Shown here: piece after piece, positions 34,139 through 39,156 of the stretch
Numbering within the stretch: position 1 is the first letter of the stretch
Layout: each line of letters opens with the position of its first letter
Assembly: GCA_964552865.1 (NCBI GenBank)
Contig: CAZKII010000002.1
Coordinates: 1-39,156, forward strand
Direction of reading: 5' to 3'
Length of the DNA stretch: 39,156 nt
Source: an uncultured Thermoplasmata archaeon
Lineage (GTDB): Archaea > Thermoplasmatota > Thermoplasmata > JAJSAE01
Made by a program: the position numbers and the translations under genes
Notes under the pieces: generated by a model
What the model was told of the DNA's origin: nothing
What the model saw: only the letters and a program-made list of their open reading frames with translations
The model's database searches: none

Positions 34139-35071
34139 ATGACTGTGATAAGAACCGAAGGTCTCACCCGCAACTACGGCAACTTCAGAGCGGTGGATCA
34201 TCTGGATATGGAGATAGAAGAAGGGGTCTGCGTGGGGTTCCTCGGGCCGAACGGCGCTGGGAAGAGCACCACCATAAAGATGCTCACGACGCTCCTGCGG
34301 CCCAGCGAAGGGAAGGCGTACATACACGGCCACGATGTCCAGACAGACGGTAAGAAAGCTCTGTCCGATGTGGGGGCGGTCGTGGAAACACCGGAATTCT
34401 ATCCATATCTCACGCCGGAGGAATCGCTCACATACCTCGGAAGGCTGAGAGGGATGCCCGGCCCCGAACTGAAAAAGAGGATAGACGAGGTTCTGGAGCT
34501 GGTGAAGATGGAGGAGTGGAGGGATAAGAGGATTGGCACATTCTCCAAGGGGATGAAGCAGAGGCTGGCCATCGCACAGGCGATAATGCACGACCCCTCG
34601 CTCATCATACTGGACGAACCCACATCCGGCCTAGACCCCCGGGGGATGGTGGAGGTTAGGGACATCATCAGGCGGCTCAAAGGGGAAGGCAAGACGATAT
34701 TCATGAGTTCTCACCTTCTCAACGAGGTTCAGGAGGTTGCAGACACGGTCATCATGATAGAAAGAGGGAAGGTAATACTCCACGACAGGGTGGATGCACT
34801 GGCGAAGTACAGCAAGAGCCGAAGGATAGAGATTCAGTTCCTCACGCCGCAAACGCCGGCGACCACCGACATCCTCAAGGGAATGGCCGGGGTTAAATCG
34901 GTCGAGTGGTTCGGAAACACCGTGTGCCAGATAACCATCGAAGGGGGAGTTGAGGCCCAGAGGGAGCTCCTCGCGGAGGCGGTCAAGAAGGGGCTCGATG
35001 TGGTCTCCTTCAGAGAATCGGGGATGCCGCTTGAGAACCTGTACATGGACCTTATAAAGGATTCGAGGTGA
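34139..35071 (+). CDS. ABC-2-type exporter ATP-binding protein
   Basis: The N-terminus is MTVIRTEGLTRNYG, Walker A is GPNGAGKST, the signature is FSKGMKQRL and Walker B is IILDEP. Confidence 0.9.
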   Translation: MTVIRTEGLTRNYGNFRAVDHLDMEIEEGVCVGFLGPNGAGKSTTIKMLTTLLRPSEGKAYIHGHDVQTDGKKALSDVGAVVETPEFYPYLTPEESLTYLGRLRGMPGPELKKRIDEVLELVKMEEWRDKRIGTFSKGMKQRLAIAQAIMHDPSLIILDEPTSGLDPRGMVEVRDIIRRLKGEGKTIFMSSHLLNEVQEVADTVIMIERGKVILHDRVDALAKYSKSRRIEIQFLTPQTPATTDILKGMAGVKSVEWFGNTVCQITIEGGVEAQRELLAEAVKKGLDVVSFRESGMPLENLYMDLIKDSR

Positions 35072-35075
35072 TGAA

Positions 35076-35894
35076 ATGGTATACGATATTCCTTCCGACA
35101 TGAGCCAGGCCGCTACGGTGGCCAGATATGAAGTTCTGAAATACCTGAGAGGAAAGAAGCTCCTGATAGTTCTGGCCATAATCGGCCTCATAGTCACCCT
35201 CTTTCTGGTGGTCCCCCCTGCCCTAGGCCACGATTATCCATCGGATAGCACCGATTTCGCCATGCAGTTCCTGAACTTCGGAGGCCTCGTCATCCTGCTC
35301 TGCGCCACATTCTTCGGGAGTGACGCGCTGGTTGCGGAGTTTCAGCAGAGGACCGCCTTTCTGGTATTCCCCAACCCCGTGAAGAGATGGGTCATACTGG
35401 CGGGAAAGTTCATAGCCAGCCTTGCGGCGTCCGCCCTCGTACTTGGGATATTCTACGGCCTCATTGCGGTCATAGTGGGAGTCATAGACCACGATGTCCC
35501 TTCAGCCCTCGCATCCTCCCTAGCATTCTCCCTCATCTACACGGTAGCGGTGCTGGCAGTGGCATACCTCCTCAGTGCGTACCTGAAAAGCACGGTCAGC
35601 TCCTCCATACTGACATTCTTCATGTTCTTCCTCATACTTCCGGTGATAGACAGCGTCCTCACATTCGCGGCGGTGAAACCGTGGTTCTCCCTCAGCTTCG
35701 TCGGCGGAGTGATGACATACATCATGCAGAGCCCGTATCCGACCGACAGCAGCCTGACGGTAGGGATGGGGCACAGCGGCATGCAGATAATGCAGTATTA
35801 CCCGGAGATCGCACTATCCGTCGCCGTAATTGTGGCATACACCGTGGTAGCCCTTGCTCTGGCATACTGGAGGTTCAGCAGAAGGGACCTGTGA
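35076..35894 (+). CDS. ABC-2-type exporter permease
   Basis: It has six hydrophobic helices, is adjacent to the ATPase, and has GGTGATGAA upstream. Confidence 0.75.
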   Translation: MVYDIPSDMSQAATVARYEVLKYLRGKKLLIVLAIIGLIVTLFLVVPPALGHDYPSDSTDFAMQFLNFGGLVILLCATFFGSDALVAEFQQRTAFLVFPNPVKRWVILAGKFIASLAASALVLGIFYGLIAVIVGVIDHDVPSALASSLAFSLIYTVAVLAVAYLLSAYLKSTVSSSILTFFMFFLILPVIDSVLTFAAVKPWFSLSFVGGVMTYIMQSPYPTDSSLTVGMGHSGMQIMQYYPEIALSVAVIVAYTVVALALAYWRFSRRDL

Positions 35895-35948
35895 GCGATA
35901 GTAAATCTTATAACTCATCCCCATATCCCTCTGTCAAGGAGGTTCTAT

Positions 35949-37613
35949 ATGAAGAACGATGTACCGAACATAACAGACTACGATAAGGCCTATGCCGAGT
36001 TCAAATGGGATGTCCCGGAGTTCTACAACTTCGCCTGGGACACCGTGGATAAGTGGGCGGAGGACAGGACGAAACTGGCCCTGATATCCGTGGACGAGAA
36101 CGGGGATAACCCGATATACCACACATTCTGGGACATGAAGATACTCTCAAAGAAGCTGGCCAATGTGCTCAGGGAGAAGGGAGTCAAGAAAGGGGACAGA
36201 ATATTCCTCTTCCTGCCGAGGATACCCGAGTTCTATGTGGCCGTACTGGCTGCCAGCAGGATCGGAGCGGTGTTCATGCCCACACCGACGCTTTCCACCC
36301 CGCACGACATCGACTACAGGGTGAACAGCGCTGGAGCGACTGTGGCCATAGTGGACGAGGAATATGCGGACAGGGTGGAGGAGACGAAGGACACGCTCAA
36401 GACCGTCAAGCACTACATTCTGGTAGGAGGCGAAAGAGAGGGATGGGAGTCGTACGACGAACTCATGGCCGGCGCCTCCCGGATTCTGGAAAAGGAGGAT
36501 GTGGAGCCCACGAGGTCCGAGGACCCGATGCTGATCTACTTCACCTCCGGCACGGAATCGCTCCCGAAGATGGTTCTGCACAAGCAGTCCTATGCCATAG
36601 GCCACAAGTCCACCGGATTCATGGTTCAGGATGTGAAGCCCACCGACCTGCAGTGGACGATAGCGGATACCGGCTGGGCAAAGACCGCATGGGGCAAACT
36701 GTTCCCGCAGTGGATGTACGGAGCAGCCGCACTCCAGTGGTACGCAAAGGGGAGGTTCAACCCGAAGATCGTGCTGAAAATACTTGAGAAGTACGGAGTC
36801 ACCATCTTCTGCGCTCCCCCGACAGCCTACAGGATGCTCATAATGGAGGAAGACCTGAAAGGGTACGACCTGCACAACCTCAGGCACTCCCTGAGCGCCG
36901 GAGAGGCTCTGAACCCGGAGGTAATAAGGGTGTGGAAGGAATCCACTGGCCTCGATGTCTACGACTACTACGGCCAGACTGAGACCGTCTCCCTTCTGGG
37001 AAACTGCCGCGCATTCCCAATACGGCTCGGCTCAATGGGAAAGCCCACCCTCGGCCACCATGTGAGGATAGTGGATGACGACGGAAACGAACTCCCGCCG
37101 GGAGAGGAGGGGCACATCGCACTGAAGATAGACCCGGTGAGGCCCCCCGGACTGATGAAGGAGTACTGGCAGAACCCTGAGGCCAACGAAAAATCGTTCC
37201 ACAACGGCTGGTACTTCACCGGAGACAAGGCCTACATGGATGAGGACGGCTACTTCTGGTTCGTTGGCAGGGCCGACGATGTCATAAAGTCATCAGGATA
37301 CAGAATAGGGCCCTTCGAGGTGGAAAGCGCACTGCAGGAGCACCCCGCGGTTGCGGAGAGCGCGGTCATCGGAGTGCCGGACGATGTGAGAGGCCAGCTG
37401 GTCAAGGCCTTTGTGGTGCTTGCACCCGGATACGAGCCCAGCGACGAACTGGTGAAGGAACTTCAGAACCATGTGAAGGACCTCACGGCCCCGTACAAAT
37501 ACCCCAGAATTATCGACTTCGTGAAGCCCGACGACCTTCCCAAGACCCAGAGCGGAAAGATAAAGAGGAAGGAGCTCAGGAAGAGGGAACTGGAGAAGAT
37601 GGGGAAGAACTGA
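35949..37613 (+). CDS. AMP-forming (medium-chain) acyl-CoA synthetase / AMP-dependent ligase
   Basis: The AMP-binding core is YFTSGTESLPKMV, with YGQTE, the GDKAYMDEDGYFWFVGRADD hinge, and C-terminal SGKIKRKELR. AAGGAGG lies 7 nt upstream. Confidence 0.88.
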   Translation: MKNDVPNITDYDKAYAEFKWDVPEFYNFAWDTVDKWAEDRTKLALISVDENGDNPIYHTFWDMKILSKKLANVLREKGVKKGDRIFLFLPRIPEFYVAVLAASRIGAVFMPTPTLSTPHDIDYRVNSAGATVAIVDEEYADRVEETKDTLKTVKHYILVGGEREGWESYDELMAGASRILEKEDVEPTRSEDPMLIYFTSGTESLPKMVLHKQSYAIGHKSTGFMVQDVKPTDLQWTIADTGWAKTAWGKLFPQWMYGAAALQWYAKGRFNPKIVLKILEKYGVTIFCAPPTAYRMLIMEEDLKGYDLHNLRHSLSAGEALNPEVIRVWKESTGLDVYDYYGQTETVSLLGNCRAFPIRLGSMGKPTLGHHVRIVDDDGNELPPGEEGHIALKIDPVRPPGLMKEYWQNPEANEKSFHNGWYFTGDKAYMDEDGYFWFVGRADDVIKSSGYRIGPFEVESALQEHPAVAESAVIGVPDDVRGQLVKAFVVLAPGYEPSDELVKELQNHVKDLTAPYKYPRIIDFVKPDDLPKTQSGKIKRKELRKRELEKMGKN

Positions 37614-37628
37614 GCACAAGTCAAACCC

Positions 37629-37652
37629 TTTATTTTTCTGTTTTTCTTTTTT
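37629..37652 (+). terminator. T-rich termination region
   Basis: The sequence is TTTaTTTTTcTgTTTTTcTTTTTT, 16 nt after TGA 37611-37613. Confidence 0.5.
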
Positions 37653-37666
37653 AGAGAACGAATGAC

Positions 37667-37676
37667 TTAAATATTT
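37667..37676 (+). promoter_or_regulatory. TATA-like box (leaderless transcript starting near ATG 37697)
   Basis: TTAAATATTT is centred about 26 nt upstream of ATG 37697 and only 3 nt before the ORF-track ATG 37679. Confidence 0.4.
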
Positions 37677-37696
37677 GAATGGACATAAGTTTCGAG

Positions 37697-38299
37697 ATGT
37701 CTGAAGAAAGAGAACTCGCGGAGAGAGAAGGGCAGGACCCTGTGATAAGCGAAAAAGAAAAACGGTATCTCGAAAAAGCCGCCAGAGGGGCAAAACGGAA
37801 CGGATATTTTATAACGGGCCTCTCCATTTTCTTTATGGCTGTCGGTGTTGTCCTCATACTCATGTTCTCCGGTACGGACGACCTGCTTGAGCTTATCTCG
37901 ATAGTCGGAGTCAATGTGTCCGCGCTGATTATGTTTCTTGTAGCCCTGAAATATCTGTGGCCAAAAAGAGTCCGTCTGGACATAGAAGGCATAGCCGTTC
38001 CTCCATCCAAACGAATGAGTCGCGCGATTATAAAATACAGATGGATTGAGCAGGTATTGATGAACGACAGGATGGATTGTGATGCTTATGCAATCGTCCT
38101 GTTCACGGACGACGAAAGAGAGAAATACGCATATTATATCCTGCAGAGAGGGCTTGACGACCCTGCAGACTTCGTTGTTAAGCTCAGAGAAAAAGGGATA
38201 TATGTGAGGATTCTCAATCCGAGCTGCTTGCGGCAGAAATATATGGATATTTACTGGATGTCGAAATTGACGAAGGGGAGAAAGGTGATATACCGATAA
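37697..38299 (+). CDS. Membrane protein: TM hairpin + cytoplasmic PH-like (bPH-like) domain, a single-module relative of 19539-21782
   Basis: The two TM helices are YFITGLSIFFMAVGVVLILMF and ISIVGVNVSALIMFLVALKYLW. They are followed by RVRLDIEGIAVPP..IKYRWIEQV..AIVLFTDD, the same pattern as the modules of the 747-aa protein. Confidence 0.5.
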   Translation: MSEERELAEREGQDPVISEKEKRYLEKAARGAKRNGYFITGLSIFFMAVGVVLILMFSGTDDLLELISIVGVNVSALIMFLVALKYLWPKRVRLDIEGIAVPPSKRMSRAIIKYRWIEQVLMNDRMDCDAYAIVLFTDDEREKYAYYILQRGLDDPADFVVKLREKGIYVRILNPSCLRQKYMDIYWMSKLTKGRKVIYR

Positions 38300-38316
38300 A
38301 AATGCGCATCGTTCGA

Positions 38317-38369
38317 CCGCCCCTGCGCAAAAGACACATAAAGAGGAAGAACACAATGCCCGCGTAAGG
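38317..38369 (+). repeat. Copy A of a conserved ~50-nt post-stop-codon element (core CCGCCCCTGCGCAAAAGACACATAAAGA)
   Basis: It aligns with 39098-39151: 25 of 31 core columns match, with downstream CAATGC and CG(C)GTA(A/C)GG matches. It starts 18 nt after the stop at 38297-38299. Confidence 0.6.
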
Positions 38370-38381
38370 CAGAAGGATCAC

Positions 38382-38422
38382 GGAAACAAGGGTGACGACC
38401 GACGACCTTATTTCCGATTTTT
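38382..38422 (+). terminator. Hairpin (10-bp stem, one mismatch, 14-nt loop) followed by T5
   Basis: GGAAACAAGG-n14-CCTTATTTCC is followed by gaTTTTT. It may terminate the upstream gene or a short transcript from repeat copy A. Confidence 0.4.
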
Positions 38423-38452
38423 ACCTCGATTTGGCTTTCAACCAGCCACAAC

Positions 38453-38461
38453 ATATAAATA
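38453..38461 (+). promoter_or_regulatory. TATA-like box for the acylphosphatase-like gene (leaderless, GTG start)
   Basis: ATATAAATA is centred about 26 nt upstream of GTG 38483. An in-frame stop at 38456-38458 excludes any earlier start. Confidence 0.4.
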
Positions 38462-38482
38462 GGCCCATTTGCATTTGGCCTC

Positions 38483-39091
38483 GTGAAGAGAATAACGCTC
38501 ATAGTCTCCGGAGATGTGCAGAAGGTCGGTTATCGTGCTAAAGTAGTGGATATAGCCAGAGAAATGGGCCTTACCGGCTTCGTGGAAAACCTTGACGATG
38601 GCAGCGTTAAAATCGTTGCCGAAGGGGATGCGGAAGCACTTGAACGGTTCCGGAACCGGATATACATAAAAAACACTCTGATCAGGGTTTCTGATATTGT
38701 CCAGGAATACTCCGGGGCCACCGGAGAATTCATGGATTTTGAAAAAAGAGTTAAGGAGGGGGAACTCCACGAGAGGGCTGACACCGCAGTAGAGTACCTG
38801 AAGAAACTCATAGATGTGACGGTTCAGGGGAACACGGCCATCATCCAAAAGCAGGATCAGATGCTGGTTAAGCAGGACGAAACGCTGGTGGCCATAAAGC
38901 ATATGGACAAGAACACAGGTGAGCGCTTTGATTGGCTTGCAGACAGATACGGTGAATTCGGCAGGAAAATGGGCAGCTTTGACGAGAGTATGAGGGAGAT
39001 GAAAGAGGACATCCATCAGATAAAAGAGGATATGCATGAGATGCGGGATGCTTTTGTCCGCCTTGTGGAACACTTTACGAAAGAGGCATGA
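38483..39091 (+). CDS. Acylphosphatase-domain protein with a ~100-aa C-terminal coiled-coil extension
   Basis: VSGDVQKVGYR (catalytic Arg) and GFVENLDDGSV (catalytic Asn) define the AcyP fold. The tail is heptad-like and rich in E/K/M/D (MREMKEDIHQIKEDMHEMRDAF). Confidence 0.75.
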   Translation: MKRITLIVSGDVQKVGYRAKVVDIAREMGLTGFVENLDDGSVKIVAEGDAEALERFRNRIYIKNTLIRVSDIVQEYSGATGEFMDFEKRVKEGELHERADTAVEYLKKLIDVTVQGNTAIIQKQDQMLVKQDETLVAIKHMDKNTGERFDWLADRYGEFGRKMGSFDESMREMKEDIHQIKEDMHEMRDAFVRLVEHFTKEA

Positions 39092-39097
39092 TTTTTG

Positions 39098-39151
39098 CCG
39101 CCCCCTGCGCAAAGGATAAATATAAAGAATGCAATGCACTCGCCGTACGGG
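39098..39151 (+). repeat. Copy B of the conserved post-stop-codon element (core CCGCCCCCTGCGCAAAGGATAAATATAAAGA)
   Basis: See copy A. It starts 7 nt after the stop at 39089-39091 and runs to the window edge. Confidence 0.6.
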
Positions 39152-39156
39152 ACCGA

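Noticed and set aside
38300-38482. A possible C/D-box sRNA, tRNA or riboswitch in the 183-nt gap. The 3858-3993 and 7093-7239 gaps were also checked.
   Set aside because: There is no RUGAUGA/CUGA box pair (only a one-mismatch GTGACGA), no tRNA-like T-loop (GTTCRANYC) or acceptor pairing, and no recognisable riboswitch core. Only the repeat element and the hairpin/T5 are reported.

Overview
This is a gene-dense 39.2-kb archaeal chromosomal segment, roughly 90% coding. The archaeal assignment rests on four things: TATA-like boxes about 25 nt upstream of many first-gene start codons (leaderless mRNAs), GGTGAT Shine-Dalgarno sites in front of operon-internal genes, AGA/AGG/ATA-rich codon usage, and archaeal-type Trm5, tungsten AOR and AbrB-PhoU genes. 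It is probably a euryarchaeote, but the lineage cannot be determined by eye. Contents in order: (1) a 5'-truncated surface solute-binding/Ig-repeat protein; (2) purC; (3) an orphan CARF-like + PIN-nuclease gene pair; (4) a tetra-[4Fe-4S] ferredoxin subunit + aldehyde:ferredoxin oxidoreductase; (5) Roadblock/LC7 + V4R; (6) an 843-aa surface protein with a cytoplasmic Pro/Gln-rich tail and zinc ribbon; (7) AMMECR1; (8) dihydroorotase; (9) trm5; (10) a SAM methyltransferase; (11) a DedA/VTT-like membrane protein; (12) trxB-trx; (13) hypD-hypA-hypC-hypF; (14) a 747-aa membrane protein built of four 2TM + PH-like modules; (15) an AbrB-PhoU regulator divergent from pstSCAB-phoU-arsC; (16) an expanded Feo iron-uptake operon behind a DtxR-like tandem operator; (17) a TPR protein; (18) an ABC-2 exporter pair; (19) an AMP-forming acyl-CoA synthetase; (20) a single 2TM + PH-like protein; (21) an acylphosphatase with a coiled-coil tail. 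I recognised no rRNA, tRNA, CRISPR array, cas gene, transposase or integrase. The best candidate for an undescribed system is the translationally coupled CARF-like/PIN pair at 2273-3857. Secondary leads are the unusual Feo accessory genes with their operator, and a conserved repeat of about 50 nt placed just after two stop codons near the 3' end. All domain calls come from motif reading of the translations, not from database searches.
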